Positions 1 to 14,130 of a stretch of 64,000 bases of DNA are shown here, piece by piece. Both the position numbers and the translations under genes were made by a program. How positions within the stretch are numbered: position 1 is the first letter of the stretch; each line of letters starts with the position of its first letter. The notes beneath the pieces are model-generated. The model searched no databases. It saw only the letters and a program-made list of their open reading frames with translations, and was not told where the DNA came from. Source of the stretch: Phoronis australis (taxonomy: Eukaryota; Animalia; Phoronida); contig NMRA01000187.1 of the NCBI GenBank assembly GCA_002633005.1, forward strand, positions 367,740-431,739, given 5' to 3'.

Positions 1-574
1 TTCCTCCAGGGTGTTTATGATTGAAACTGATAAGGCATGGCGATTTTTATGATTTGTTTTATTTAAGTATGTTCACCAAATAGTCTGGAATATTGGCCCA
101 TGGATTTATCGCGTGTCAATTATAAACGCTCGCTCATCGTGTTAGAACAAAAACATGCGTTTCATATAGTTCCACCCCAATACACGAGTCAAAACATTTA
201 TTTGGTTTTCAATGACGGCACTGCACAGAGGCGCAGACGGAGAGCTAAGATCACCAAACGCAACTATGCTCAGCTCATACCTCACGTCTTCGCCAAAATG
301 AGCCGCGAGAGTTTCTCCACGCTTGGCGGTGAAGCGAATTTGTCCTCATTTGTTTGGTTTCTCTCATCTTGAGCCAAAACTAGTTGGCAGGCGAGATGAT
401 CGGAGCAGTAGCATGATTGATTATCTTCGCTGGGCAATAAAATTTAATTCATCGCCGCGAAATCGTAATTAAAGATTTAATATAGATATAGCATCTTTGT
501 CGTAATGTCATCTTTTAGAGGCATGCGCTCCGTAGATGCGAGAAAACCACGAAAACGGTAGATCACCCAAGATA

Positions 575-1471
575 TCCCTATTAATCATCACAATTAAGCG
601 AAGTACGTGATCACACACCAGTTTTACTCGCGAAAACCTCAGCTTAGTTGCGTCAACGGGACGTTGCCCAGTTAATGTTTTGCAGCAACCCGTTATCTTT
701 ACTTGTTGTCACGGCTTGGTTATATGGCGGAACTATTTGATTGACATGTCGGAGCAATCCATTGAGTAAATTGGCGCGCGGCTATCTTTCATTTGAAACA
801 GGTTAGAGTTCAGTATCTGTCTTGCGGCTAGAAAAATCTATCCTAAGTCACGTGCTCTCATTTAAAATACACGGCAATATCTCACGTAATCTCACGGGGT
901 CTTGATTTTTAGAGAAGTCCTAGCGTAGGTCCTAGCGTTACTGAACTGTATCCTGAACTCGTTGCGTCTGCGCACTGAGCCGTACTAGTCAAGTCATGAG
1001 AGCTCTCAAACCTGCGTCATGCNTCCCTATTAATCATCACAATTAAGCGAAGTACGTGATCACACACCAGTTTTAATCGCGAAAATCTCAGCTTAGTTGC
1101 GTCAACGGGACGTTGCCCAGTTAATGTTATGCAGCAACCTGTTATCTTTACTTGTTGTCACGCCTTGATTATATGGCGGAACTATTTGATTGACATGTCG
1201 GAGCAATCCATTGAGTAAATTGGCGCGCGGCTATCTTTCATTTGAAACAGGTTAGAGTTCAGTATCTGTCTTGCAGCTAGAAAAATCTATCCTAAGTCAC
1301 GTGCTCTCATTTAAAATACACGGCAATATCTCACGTAATCTCACGGGGTCTTGATTTTTAGAGAAGTCCTAGCGTAGGTCCTAGCGTTACTGAACTGTAT
1401 CCTGAACTCGTTGCGTCTGCGCACTGAGCCGTACTAGTCAAGTCATGAGAGCTCTCAAACCTGCGTCATGC
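575..1471. repeat. Near-identical ~448-bp tandem duplication (575-1022 / 1024-1471) separated by a single N
   Basis: The copies differ by only a handful of SNPs and meet exactly at N1023, so this is likely a contig-overlap or haplotype artefact. Confidence 0.9.
848..957. mobile_element. Dispersed non-autonomous repeat family (AATATCTCACGTAATCTCGCG...CCTAGCGTAGGTCCTAGCGTTACTGAAC)
   Basis: The same motif set recurs at ~1297-1406 (duplicated copy), ~14195-14305 (inverted), ~29610-29740 and ~45340-45400. Confidence 0.7.
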
Positions 1472-1601
1472 ATCACTATGATACGAGCACACGCGAATTG
1501 ATACCTTGTGGGTTATTTGTTGAAACTGGTTTGCTACGCCTCAGATTATCAGAACCAATATGAATTTTGCTATAAAACGAGTATAGTAACAAGACACCTA
1601 C

Positions 1602-4600
1602 CATCGGCGTCTGCCTCTTCAATCATCTTATCCAGTTCGTCATCAGAAGGATTTTGCCCCAACGACCTCATTACAGTACCCAACTCTTTCGTGGTGACTG
1701 TGCCGTCGCCATCTTTGTCAAAGACAGAGAAAGCTTCTTTAAATTCTGTAAAAAGCATTTCCCAAAATTTACTACCCGCCACCGTACGACGAACTAGGTT
1801 TGTTCGATGCTGTGACGCTGCCGACATTCTCCGACCGAAAAATGCTGACAATATGGGCATGTAAGTTCACTCACATTTCTTGGAGAGACGATGATAGCAA
1901 GTGAAGAATCAGCGAGTCAGATATGAACCGTAGAAGTTCAGATTTAGTTGATGAAAATGAAGATGAAATTAGATTTTGACGTATTACAGCCTAATTGAAG
2001 AAGGCTTCGGCATACAATTTCATCTACGAAATGGGCAATAGTCTGATATAACGTGCCCGTATTTTGAGAACCAGTTTGATGCCCGTTATTCAGTGGAGAA
2101 TTCGGGAACGTTATGTCAGACCATGACCCCGAAATGTACTACCCCGACCATAAAAAGTATTGAGCATAATCATTCAATCGAAGTTTGACTGTTCTTTCGT
2201 TAACCCATTACGCCTGCTGATATCAATATCAATTAAAAAAAAAGGATTTTATAATCAGAGATTTTGGAATGAGCCTACAATGTAATCCAGCAATATAGGA
2301 ACACACTGGCACTGTGTACTAAGAGAGAGTGCAACAAACACAACGTTCGTTTCATTCTATCTAAAAAGTAATTATGCATGCGAAAAATCAATTCGGAGAT
2401 AGTACATGTATCACAAGTTGTGTGCAATTGGCTCGTTTTAACTCTTAGATAAATATTATGGTATTTAAGTGACCAAACATAACATCAGACAAGGTAAACA
2501 GACCATTAATTATACGTACCTGCTATTTGTTCGTCTGTAAGCTGGTCGGCCTGTAAAAATCAAAACAATCGTCACCTTTCATAAAACCTTTTATCTCACT
2601 GTCATCTTTTCAATGACACATGTTTCTTCGTCTCTAAAACTGTGTTTGCCAATTATCGTTTCTGATGTTATTTAAAACTCATAATCAATACGCATGCATT
2701 GCTGCGCGCGAGGGGTCTACAGAGGGATTCTGTGCATGCGTACTTGTACATTAATTTATAATTGATTGCTTCCATCTCATCAACAATACGACAATAGGAA
2801 TTCTGGATGTCAATGTTCTACCCGCAGAGGAGGTTGTCGCAAAGAGTAGACAGGTTCTGCAGAATTTATGAAGCAGTATTAGTAAATCGGACCCGTCCAT
2901 ACACGAATTCAAAATTGAAGAAACAAATTAGCAAGTTCTAGTACCTTAACGCCAGATAAAATACCCCACTAGCGGCGCTAGTACGACCCCGATACAACGG
3001 TCGGGAGAAACGCTCTCGATCGCCTACATTATTGAATCATCACCCAGTCGCCCATCGTGATTGTATCGTGGTCTCAATGTTTTCGCAAACAAGGTGTTCC
3101 GCGAGCTATTTAGTTTTTTCATGTCTTGTTCGGGACTGGACTAGTGGAATGATTCTATTCAACGGTAAGAAAGGTCTATTTTACGTGTTCACAGAGCGGT
3201 GTGTTTATGATAGCAGCGTGCTGTTTACTTTTTGCCTGGCTTCAGTATTTGGCGGTGTGGGGTTTCTAACTGCTATAGAACATTGCCACTACGAGAATGT
3301 CTGCGACAAGGCGGTGGTCAATACACGTACGAAACGCGTTGATAAATTGTATAGGCACTTATTGCTTCACAAGATCATGTCAACTACAGGGGTTGTATAC
3401 GTCAATAGATGAACTGGTCGACGGTAATGACGCCAATTAAGAAATCACTCGCAACAGGCGAGGAGGTGAGATGGACTTCGTGAACACAACGTGTACGGCT
3501 CCTGTTGATATGAGTACAATACCGAGTCCAGGCCCATTATATATCCCGGGTTTCAAACTGTGCACATTTCTAATGCATGTCTTGTTACATTTCTATAAAT
3601 AATAAAACTGAGAGCTAATCTCCCACGTAAGTGCACTCAGTAAACAACTACGCAAGAATCAGCTTTAGAGTTAACAGTGGGAATCCGTGAAACGTATTTG
3701 ACATGATAAAATGCTGATTTCAAACTGATGATTTTCATGTCTGGAGAAATACAATTTCACATTCAAACGGTAGTGTAGACATCCGATCTAACATCGCACG
3801 TACAATGCTAATTGTTAGCAAAAACAGTCCAATGCTCGCATATTTTTATCAGAGGCGGATCTAAAGGGGGGGGGGGGGTTCAGGGGGCTAANAATAAATA
3901 CTTTAAAAATATTTCGCCAGAAAAACGAAATCAGCCACTGACTAAAAACCACAACAAATTTTACACGGGAGAGGGAAACCCCCTCCCGATCTTCCTTCCG
4001 CTCGGCGCTATGCGCCTCGGATTCTTTCAAATCCTACCCCCCCCCCTTACTGAAAACGTAGATCTGCCACTGATTATGGCCTTCATGACAGCCTTTTGTA
4101 ATAAAATATGCTTAGCATCAATTTGTGATGACGTGTGTGAAAACGGCTTCCAAGTATTAAGCAATAAAAACGCTCTGGTGTATTTTTTCCTGATGTCAGT
4201 GTACTGTGAGCATCAATTTTTGATGATGTGTGTGAAAACGGCTTCCAAGTATTAAGCAATAAAAACGCTCTGGTGTATTTTTTCCTGATGTCAGTGTACT
4301 GTGTAATGACGTGTGATACTCATTTTCAATTCTGCGTCTGTCTAAACTACAACAATATTTATACAAGCCCTCATCCCCGGGGATACTAACACGTATCTCG
4401 TTCTATCTAAACTGAGGTAGTGGCAGGACCGTGGAAAGCAAGCAAGGAGAGTCCTCGGATTTTTATCCCGTTTCTCCGGAAAAAATAATATTCGAGTGTA
4501 ACGATTTCCGTAAATCGTCTATGTCGTTGGTGAGATCTACTTGGCGCGATTGGTTCACTGTTTGTGGTCCATATTCCAGGATACGAGTCACGAAGTCCAG

Positions 4601-5466
4601 TCTGGTTTTGTTTAAAATGTAACTTTGTGCACGGAATATTTTTCGATGCCTTAGAAGCTGATAGTTTTTGTAAAAGATCATCACCTGTTATAAAAATGAG
4701 CTAAAGTAGAAATGTTTCGATCAATTATTTGACAGTTACCTGGTTGAGCAAATCGTCACAGGATATTCAGGTGTACGTACCAAAGAATCACGTAAGGTTT
4801 CTATTAATTCTCAGATTAAATACATCAAGGCTTAAGTTTCGTCTTGTTTGGTTTCCGACTTTGCACAAATGAAACAGTATATCAGAGTTTTAGTGAAACA
4901 GACATTTCCATGGTTTCTTTGCACCGTTATAAATGCCAGTATGGAACTGTTCCAGTGAATAAGAACGCCTGTATATGAAACTAACCACATGAATATAAGT
5001 TTGTTTGCAAGCGTGAGACGTTCTTTTAGTAAAAAGTGTCGATTTTCCGACTCAAAGTAGTGATACATTTCGTACGAACCGTACGCACCCTATCTAATCT
5101 TCCCTCAGTAAACATTTAGAATGATCGAGGATTCTTGGTTGTAATTACTGAACCTTGTTAAAGGCTACAAACTCAGTTGGTAAGTTTGGCTCAAATCCAA
5201 CGTGTCTGAGTAGATCATCGCCACATATCCATCAAATTTCGAAATCCACAATAAAAAAAATAATTAGAATGGATTCTGTCGGGCATTACTTTCATGTATT
5301 ACCATACCACTTGCAGTGATTGTCAGGGATTTGGGAATTTGTGCTTTAATAATTCGATTTCAAAAACATTTTTGGTAAGGATGGTATTATACAAACACCT
5401 CAAATTTACAATAAAACAGCCCTAGCTAGCATCGTGCTCTCATAGTTACAAACATTGACTTACCAT
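1602..5466 (-). CDS. Divergent calmodulin-like gene (CaM-A), 5' part only: exons 5464-5466 (ATG), 2520-2550, 1602-1745; remaining exons not found in the window
   Basis: Exon sizes 3/31/144 nt with GT-AG boundaries match the canonical calmodulin structure. Translation: [60 protein letters not shown]. The ATG-only exon (ATG|GTAAGT) is the least certain part. Confidence 0.85.
3852..4070. mobile_element. Short GGCGGATCT...GATCTGCC inverted-repeat element (MITE-like) with G/C runs
   Basis: Terminal inverted motif and poly-G/poly-C tracts. Related copies lie at ~21971-22105, ~40150-40282 and partially at ~13200-13235. Confidence 0.65.
4126..4303. repeat. ~95-bp-period tandem duplication in CaM-A intron 1
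   Basis: GTGTGTGAAAACGGCTTCCAAGTATTAAGCAATAAAAACGCTCTGGTG...GTACTGTG is present twice. Confidence 0.9.
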
Positions 5467-7479
5467 TCTGAGGGATGTGCCGCCTCCACCCCTCCGATAA
5501 CACTGCAACACTGAACTAGGTGCTTCCGGGCCAATAAATTATAACTACTCCACCGGAGATTGAATATCACTCCGCTCAACTATATCAACACTTCATCCTT
5601 AACATGCGTGTGAATTGAAAAAGCCTACAATACTCCCGAACCCTATTGTAACCCCGTGGCTTACATTGATTGTTGTATTGTTAGTCGGGAATTAATATTG
5701 ATTTATGTTTGCTAGCGGAGGGTTATTTTACGTCCAGTCTTCAACCCCTTTCAGAGAAATAACGTGACGCATAAAAGTGGGCAGGGGGTATTCTTTATGA
5801 AAAATAATTACCTTTTAGTAAATTGTGTATAATAGAGCAAAATGGACTCATGGAACATTCAGCTGTAACAACATGTTTGTACATGTATCTGACCATCGAC
5901 CAACGACATCCGGCGGGGCGATCTCGTTGGTCGACGATCTCAGCTGGGACTTTGGCGTACAGAAGCACTCGCGGCAATATTTTTACAATTACTTTAGATA
6001 ATCTTATCGGATAATCTCTTGGCCAACAATATGCGATGCTCTACAGGCTTGCATAAGAAGTGAACGTGAGATTCGTTTCAGATCATAGCCGTACCGGCCA
6101 TGCAAAATAATCTGTCTTTGCTGAAGAGGCATTAAACCAGTGCTGTGACTATGAAAATGTCTTGATTTAGTTCATTCACCTCTTATCTACGAAATTGGTC
6201 TCAAACGGTTCCGTAGTCTATACAGAGGTGATTCCAGGGTAACGAAATAGCTTACAGTTATATTGCATAAGAAATAACGAACTTCACAAGTCGACAAATC
6301 ACTCCTAAACTGAACAAGGAACAAGATAAGACCAATTTTATAACAGTCAAGGGGCCTAAATCAAACTTGTTTTTTGACAAAAACTACGGGTTAAATGGCA
6401 CTTCAATATATAGGACCCAGTTTGTTTGACCATCGGAAGACAGTGACGAACGCTGTTATTTGTATATGGCACAGCCTACAGGACTGTCAAATAGGAACTC
6501 CATACGTAACAAGTGGAACTCTTTCATTCATCAGAACAACAAGACAATTTAACTCATGGACTCAGGATGAAAAAGCATAACAATTTTGTCGGAGTCTTGT
6601 TGCTCTTTTATTTTTCGTCGTAAAATAACGATCCTCAGCAACAGAACCAGTACTGTTGTTGACGGTCAGAGCTTGCAGTGAAAATAGAAGTGGTCATCGT
6701 GCATGTATCTTATCTCCATCCAAATCACTGTACCCTCTGTTACTTCTCATTGAGGCAATACAGTAACGTTATTCCGCTTTGCTGGTTAACACAGTGAGTA
6801 TCAATACGAGCTAAATGTGCCCGTGATCGTTTATTGGTATCCATATACCGCATGGCGAATTTGAAGAATGGCTCATTTATTAATATGACTATTTATGTAG
6901 TTTGGCTCATTATTTTAATCAACTGATATTGTAGACGCGTTTTCAAAGAAAGAACTAGACTGATTTCATTCAATATCGTCTTTAATATCTGCTATAGACG
7001 TGGTTAAGTTCTCTCGAATGAGTGCGATAAATGTTTATTAAGTGGAATATATTAAATACCGGTAGGCTATTCTGATTGTGTTCCACTGCTGCATTACGCA
7101 ATTTACTTGGGTTTTGTGTTTACGATGTATACTATTTATATACCCGAAACAACATATACTGGAAGACCAATGAATGTGAACTATGGCAAATACGTTACGT
7201 TGTGTAAAAATAATTTGTCCAGGTTCAAACGTCGACTAATCATAAGTCGAAGAGAGATGTGCGTCGGTTCCGTTGCCTGGGATTTTACACAAAAAGAAAT
7301 CCACGACAGTATAAACAGGAGGAGGAAACTACCTTTACCCCCATCCAAAAAAATTTACCACGAACAAAAACTACATCATGGAACCTGAACTTCAACCACA
7401 CTGAGACACTCTACCGCATGAAGGGCTCTTAGTCGCACACTTTTGTCTGTGGTAAAGGGAACTGGTTGGGGGCGGAGTT

Positions 7480-10400
7480 CAGGTTTCGTGGTAACTGAAG
7501 GGCTTTTGTGCGTTTTGCGGAAAGGTGCGCGCTCGTGGTAGGAGTTCAGGTTTCGCCTCCTGATCTGAACGCATTTCAGTACCTGGCTTCAGTGATACTG
7601 AATTTAACCACTGAGAGGTATACATGTTGATGAATACAGAGCCATTTGCCTGACAAGAAACGTGCCCTATCGATAACTAGTTTTAAATTAACTCCACTAC
7701 AAAACGACTTTCACTGGAGAGATGTTTGCCCTTCCAAAGCAAATCCATAGTTTGCTTGAACTGAAATTGGATGCAATACAATAAAACGTCCCCCACGGGT
7801 ATACCGGCGTCGTCGGCTGAAATTGAGCCGCAGTGACAAACACCACTTCATGTGCCTGGTCTCAAACCAAGAAATCATAATTAATCTGGGTACGGCGCAA
7901 GATGAGACGTACTTTGCAACGGTAAGCGGCCCAAATATTTTTTGACAAAAAGGCAAGGATTTACTGCCTTCTACAGTCCACATGCGCCGAAGATATCCTT
8001 CCCGCTCAACACCAAAATCAAAAAACGTCACGAGTGTTTGAGACATATATCACCTAACCATCCCAAAAAAGATATCAGAAAGCCATCGGTGTGTTTATGT
8101 GACCACCGGCAGTTTTTATTACAGTCTAAGTCGAAAATCAAGTGAATACCATAACCGCTGTGAAACCTTCAGATATGGCACCTCGCGCGGCGTATGCGAC
8201 AGATTCCGATTCTAGTTGCGCTACAGGATTTTAGCGCTCCCCACCATACCAGCTGAGGACGAGGAATTGATTTTGAACTGTTTCTGTTATATTGCATAAG
8301 GCCACCCATTCACCCACTGAAAAGAAACAAAAAACACTGGGCTGCACCCATTTCAGCCAATGCATGGTCGCGAATTTTGAAAGTGCTCGAAGAAACGTAA
8401 GCAGGAGTAAGCAAGGTTTGGAACGCCATGATTGTCAAGCGATGCGTATTATAAAATCCCGCATCACATGTGCTTGTCTCAGATAGATTGATTTTTTTGA
8501 AAAATTGAACAACTCAATAACCACCGACTAGATATTCAAACAACCAAAGACACGGATTAACTATGCTTTTTTGGCGTAAGGCGCTATTGAAAATTGCAGC
8601 TTTTGTTGTTTCTATAAAAGAACTTGAACGTTGTGTGTAAAGGAATAGATAATTGGGAAAATTTACAACGTTTATTAAACTTCGTGTTGAATATGTACAA
8701 AACAAGAATATGGTCATGCTATTGATAACAATGTTTTGCTACCAACTTGCCATCTCTATTTGCTCAATTAAAAAGACAGATATAAAGTCCATTTGTCACA
8801 TACGTGATCAAAAGGCAAGCGCATGACTTGTTGATAAACTTGTCCATAACATTATTCGATTTAGTGTCGCGTTTAAAAGGTTTACTGGCTAATTACCGTG
8901 TCAACAACCAAACGGAGAAAGAAATCGCATCAAAATGTAATTCCCCATAAAACGATAAGTTCATGTCCGTAGATCAGTAGTGTATTTCTAAAAAATAGCA
9001 ATAAAATACATGAAAGTATCATTTTCCTCTGTCTTATCATATTTTAAAAAGAAGCGCACTCGGTTTTAGGACAAAAACGCATTTTGGGATTATTTTTAGG
9101 TTGGATAGACTTTTTGAATTGATAAACTTTCAGCTAAAAGGCAGCAGAATCCATTTTAATGATCTATTAATAAATCGCCTATTCCCGTGGGTTCCAGCCA
9201 CTCAGCAGACCCCGGGAAGTTCCTTTGCTGTCCCGTGACATCACAGTATAACTGCGTAAGCAATGTGGCAGAAAACAAATCTCGTTATTCTGCACACGGG
9301 CGTATATGGGGAACAGGATTGTTGAGCGGGTACGACCAGGAACCATCATACAAAAATAAAAGATTGACAAAGAGCCTCAAAATAAATCGAATAAATATAT
9401 AGATTGGCAAATATTCTGCGCGAAAGATTCTCGAGGCACGTGTCTTCAACACGAAAACGCAAATGAAAAACCATGTCAAGTCATTTGTAACGTCACAGGA
9501 CGTTTACGAGCCTACCGATGAACTGGGCACAATACATGCAGTTTCGCTAAGGAAACTGGTATAATCACGTGCTTCGCTTGTAATTCTTGGCGATATCTCG
9601 AGAAGTAATGAATCAGTGTTCTTACATTTTTGAATGATTCGCGCCTCTACGGAACGCGTACCTTGTTCACCCACTTTCACGGCGCCATCTATATGTAGCA
9701 CAAGAAAAGAGTAACAACAGGCATGTTAAGATGACGTCTCCCAGTGTGAAAACACCTTCAAGATTCTGGAACTGTCCCACACAACGTGACTTGTTCATGA
9801 ACTACCGCCATNAACAGTAACCACAAAGTGGAGTTGGAATTCTTCGCCAAAGTCACCTGAATTCCCGTATATATGCTTCATCGAAGACATGTTTAGAAGC
9901 AGAAAGAGTCACTGAAGAAAGTAAGAGCCTTTTAGTTGCTAATTTTAGGTGTAGAATGTATTTTTGACGAGGTGAAAACTTTATCAGTGAGCGGATTTCG
10001 CCTACCGCCGTTTAAAATACACAGGACGAAATTAGTACAGAACGCGATAGAACGTATTGTAGTGCGAATCTGAAGTTCATTTGCCATAACAGCAATGCTT
10101 TTGGACATTTTTCGAACTAAACGGCTAAAAACTCGAAGACAATAACAGAATACACTCTGCTACCGTATTGGACAAATGACCAAACGATAAGCTTTTGCCC
10201 CACTTCCCGTGACGTCACAGTTAAGTCTCACATAATCTCGCGTTATTGTTATAAACTCGCAAAAGGCCTATTATCTTAAGTTCGCACAAAAGGAGCAGAG
10301 AAATTGCCAAAAATAGTTTCGAGTTCGTTTCGAGTACAAAGATTAGAGACCGGGCCCAGGTTTCGTGGTAACTGAAGGGCTTTTGTGCGTGGTAATATTG

Positions 10401-12767
10401 TTGCGTTTTGCGGAAAGGTGCGCGCTCGTGGTAAGAGTTCAGGTTTCGCCTCTTGATCTGAACGCATTTCAGTACCTGCCTTCAGTGTTACTGACTTTAA
10501 CCAAGAGGTCTACATGTTCATGAATACATAATCATTTGCCTGACAAGACATGTGCCCTATCGATAACCAGTTTTAAATTAACTCCACTACAAAACGACTT
10601 TCACTGGAGAGATGTTTGCCCTTCCAAAGCAAATCCATAGCTTGCTTGAACTGAAATTGGATGCAATACAATAAAACGTCCCCCACGGGTATACCGGCGT
10701 CGTCGGCTGAAATTGAGCCGCAGTGACAAACACCACTTCATGTGCCTGGTCTCAAAGCAAGAAATCATATTTAATCTAGGTACGGCGCAAGATGAGACGT
10801 ACTTTGCAACGGTAAGCGGCCCAAATATTTTTTGACAAAAAGGCAAGGATTTATTGCCTTCTACAGTCCACATGCGCCGAAGATATCCTTCCCGCTCAAC
10901 ACCAAAATCAAAAAACGTCACGAGTGTTTGAAACATATATCACCTAACCATCCCAAAAACGATATCAGAAAGCCATCGGTGTGTTTATGTGACCACCGGC
11001 AGTTTTTATTACAGTCTAAGTCGAAAATCAAGTGAATACCATAACCGCTGTGAAACCTTCAGATATGTCACCTCGCGTATGCGACAAATTCCGATTCTAG
11101 TTGCGCTACATGATTTTAGTGCTCCCCACCATACCAGCTGAGGACGAGGAATTGATTTTGAACTGTTTCTGTTATATTGCATAAGGCCACCCATTCACCC
11201 ACTGAAAAGAAACAAAAAAAACACTGGGCTGCACCCATTTCAGCCAATGCATGGTCTGGCGAATTTTGAAAGTGCACGAAGAAACGTAAGCAGGAGTAAG
11301 CAAGGTTTGGAACGCCATGATTGTCAAACGATGCGTATTATAAAATCCCGCATCACATGTGCTTGTCTCAGATAGATTGACTTTTTTGAAAAATTGAGCA
11401 ACTCAATAACCACCGACTAGATTTTCAAACAACCAAAGACACGGATCAACTATGCTTTTTTGGCATAAGGCGCTATTGAAAATTGCAGCTTTTGTTGTTT
11501 CTACGAAAGAACTTGAACGTTGTTTGCAAAGGAATAGATAATTGGGAAAATTTACAACGTTTATAGGATTTCGTGTTGAATATGTACAAAATAGGAATAT
11601 GGTCATGCTATTGATAACAGTGTTTTGCTGCCAACTTGCCATCTCTATTTGCTCAATTAAAAAGACAGATATAAAGTCCATTTGTCACATACGTGATCAA
11701 AAGGCAAGCGCATGACATGTTGATAAACTTGTCCATAACATCATTCGATAGTGTCGCGTTTTAAAGGTTTGCTGGCTAATTACCGTGTCAACAACGGAGA
11801 AAGAAATCGCATCAAAATGTATTTCCCCATAAAACGGTAAGTTCATGTCCGTATATCAGTAGTGTATTTCTAAAAAAATAATAACAAAAGACATGAAAGT
11901 ATCATTTTTTCCTCTGTCTTGTCATATTTTAAAAAGAAGCGCACTCAGTTTTAGTACTAAAACGCATTTTGGGATTATTTTTAGGTTGGATAGACTTTTT
12001 GAATTTATTAACTTTCAACTAAAAGGCAGCGGAATCCTTATTAGTGATTTATTAATAAATCGCCTATTCCCGTGGGTTCCAGTCACTCGGCAGACCCCGG
12101 GAAGTTCCTTTGCTATCCCGTGACATCACACTATAGCTTCGTAAGCAATGTGACAGAAAACAAATCTTGTTATTCTGCACACGGGTCTATATGGGGAACA
12201 TGATTGCTGAGCGGGTACGACCAGGAACCATCATACAAAAATAAAAGATTGACAGAGATCCTCAAAATAAATCGAATAAATATATAGCTTGGTAAATATT
12301 CTGCGCGAAAGATTCTCGAGGCACGTGTCTTCAACACGAAAACGCAAATGGAAAACCATGTCAAGTCATTTGTAACGTCACATGACGTTTACAAGCCTAC
12401 AACCACAGGCACTTGGGTTTATCTGTTCCTCGATCGAAAATGACGTTATGAGTGATCTGGAAATCCGAGCGCCTGTGCCTACAACTGGGCACAATAATTT
12501 CGCTAAGGAAACTGGTATAATCACGTGCTTCGCTTGTAATTCTTGGCGATATCTCGAGAAGTAATGAATCAGTGTTCTTACAGTTTTGAAAGATTAGCGC
12601 CTCTACGGAACGCCTACCTTGTTCACCCACTTTCACGGCGCCATCTATATGTAGCACAAGAAAAGAGTAACAACAGGCATGTTAAGATGACGTCTCCCAG
12701 TGTGAAAACACTTTCAAGATTCTGGAACTGTCCCACACAACGTGACTTGTTCATGAACTACCGCCAT
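7480..12767. repeat. ~2.3-kb direct duplication (7480-9811 vs 10357-12767), highly similar with scattered SNPs and indels
   Basis: Colinear sequence and duplicated spurious ORFs (7711/10601, 7942/10832, 9285/12170). Copy 1 ends exactly at N9812. Confidence 0.9.
7816..8358. mobile_element. MITE-like element with GGCTGAAAT...ATTTCAGCC termini (second copy ~10705-11244)
   Basis: Imperfect terminal inverted repeats GGCTGAAATTGAGCCGCAG / CTGCACCCATTTCAGCC and no coding capacity. Confidence 0.5.
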
Positions 12768-13768
12768 AGACTCTATTCACGCGGCGGACATTAAAATCCA
12801 AAGCGAGGCTCACTGCGATAAACAAAGCGGAAATTTACACTGCGTGAGTTAAATGGCCGGTCTTAGGAGTCCAACCTGAATATTAAACCTTAAAAAATGT
12901 GTCAATAATTAACCACAGAGACTCGTAGAAAATACAGTTAAAGAACAAGTCAATGCACCAAAGAGTTGTTTGACGAAAGGATATAGTTTTTTTTTCAGGA
13001 AAACTAGATTCGAAACATGAAAAGTAAACATGACCAAATTGCGGCGATCGTAGTGTTACGGATTAGGTATCATGCTGAATGCAGGGTTACGTTTCTTCTA
13101 ATAAATTCTTGATGAAAATGCTTTCTACACGAACCAGGTCATCTGGTCGTATTGTTGACGAGTTGAAGATATATTCAACAGTGGTGGCTCATAGCATTTT
13201 GCTGCCCCTGCCCCCTCCCCCTAAATCCGCCTGTGATTTTGTACTTTTTCAAATTGTCACCTCTGTGGTCACAGGTGATTTGAACCGTTGGAGAAAAATT
13301 TTCAATCACAAAGGAGATTTTTAGGCCTCGTGGCCAGGAATTTCGTGTGATTTTTCAATATTTTTGAGAGGGGAATAGGGCCGATATTTGGCCCCAAAAT
13401 TGAGGGCCCTGTCCTTTTCGTAAAGAAAAATGCATCGCGCTTCAACCCATAGTCATGAAAACACAGCCTGGCTGGCCGAAGATTCTCCGGTCCTCTTAAC
13501 TGCTATGGCGGTATCCACTCCGAGATGCGACAAATTATGATATGAAAACAGTTATCAATTTTACACGGACATATTTTCCTTCGTCGCGGCGTATGGTAAG
13601 GACCCAACGCTTCCGAATCCCAACGTCCTTGGGGATTGTAAAACAGAATGTCCGTATTTTTGCTAGTTGTTCGAGCAACGCGGAGTACAACTACGTGGAT
13701 CAGCTACCAGAGCTATCGTAGCGAGCCTCGTTTTGGAACGCGCCTCCTGTCGGCGTGAATAGGGTCTA
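12767..13768. mobile_element. ~1-kb non-autonomous TIR element
   Basis: TAGACTCTATTCACGC (12767-12782) and GCGTGAATAGGGTCTA (13753-13768) are 16-bp inverted repeats with 1 mismatch. Confidence 0.7.
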
Positions 13769-14064
13769 TGAAGTAAATATACGATAAAAGACGACGTGCT
13801 GTGAAATTTGAAGGTGCTATGCCCGCCGGCCGCATACACACTCCGCCTTGGAGCAAATTTCTCAAGCGAGACTAAGTCCTGTGTAGAGGCATGGCGCAAC
13901 TGACACAGCTCAAGATAATTGGTGTGAAGCGGCCGTTTACTCACACACAAATACCACTGAGAAACCGTGACAAGGCGGAAAAGTGGTGGCCAGGATCAAA
14001 GTTAAAAGACAAGACGCTGGGCAGCTGCTTGGCAAATCGTAGAAATTGCTCAAAAATGATCACC

Positions 14065-14130
14065 TGTGTGTGTGTGTGTGTGTGTGTGCGTGCGTGCGTG
14101 TGTGTATGTGTGTGTGCGTTTGCGTGTGTG
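14065..14130. repeat. (GT)n/(GTGC)n microsatellite
   Basis: Directly visible. It explains the CV/HT-repeat ORFs. Confidence 0.95.

Noticed and set aside
4463-4740. Exon-like segment in CaM-A intron 1 (acceptor near 4685, donor near 4739)
   Set aside because: No recognisable protein similarity and no downstream donor compatible with CaM exon 2. It cannot be supported without RNA data.
5896-5935. Short hairpin TCGACCAACGA...TCGTTGGTCGA upstream of CaM-A
   Set aside because: An isolated 11-bp stem with no features of a known RNA class.
7711-12794. Pairs of similar 60-110-aa ORFs (7711/10601, 7942/10832, 8514/11403, 9285/12170, 9504/12397)
   Set aside because: They recur only because the DNA is duplicated. 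They have no recognisable domains or splice structure.
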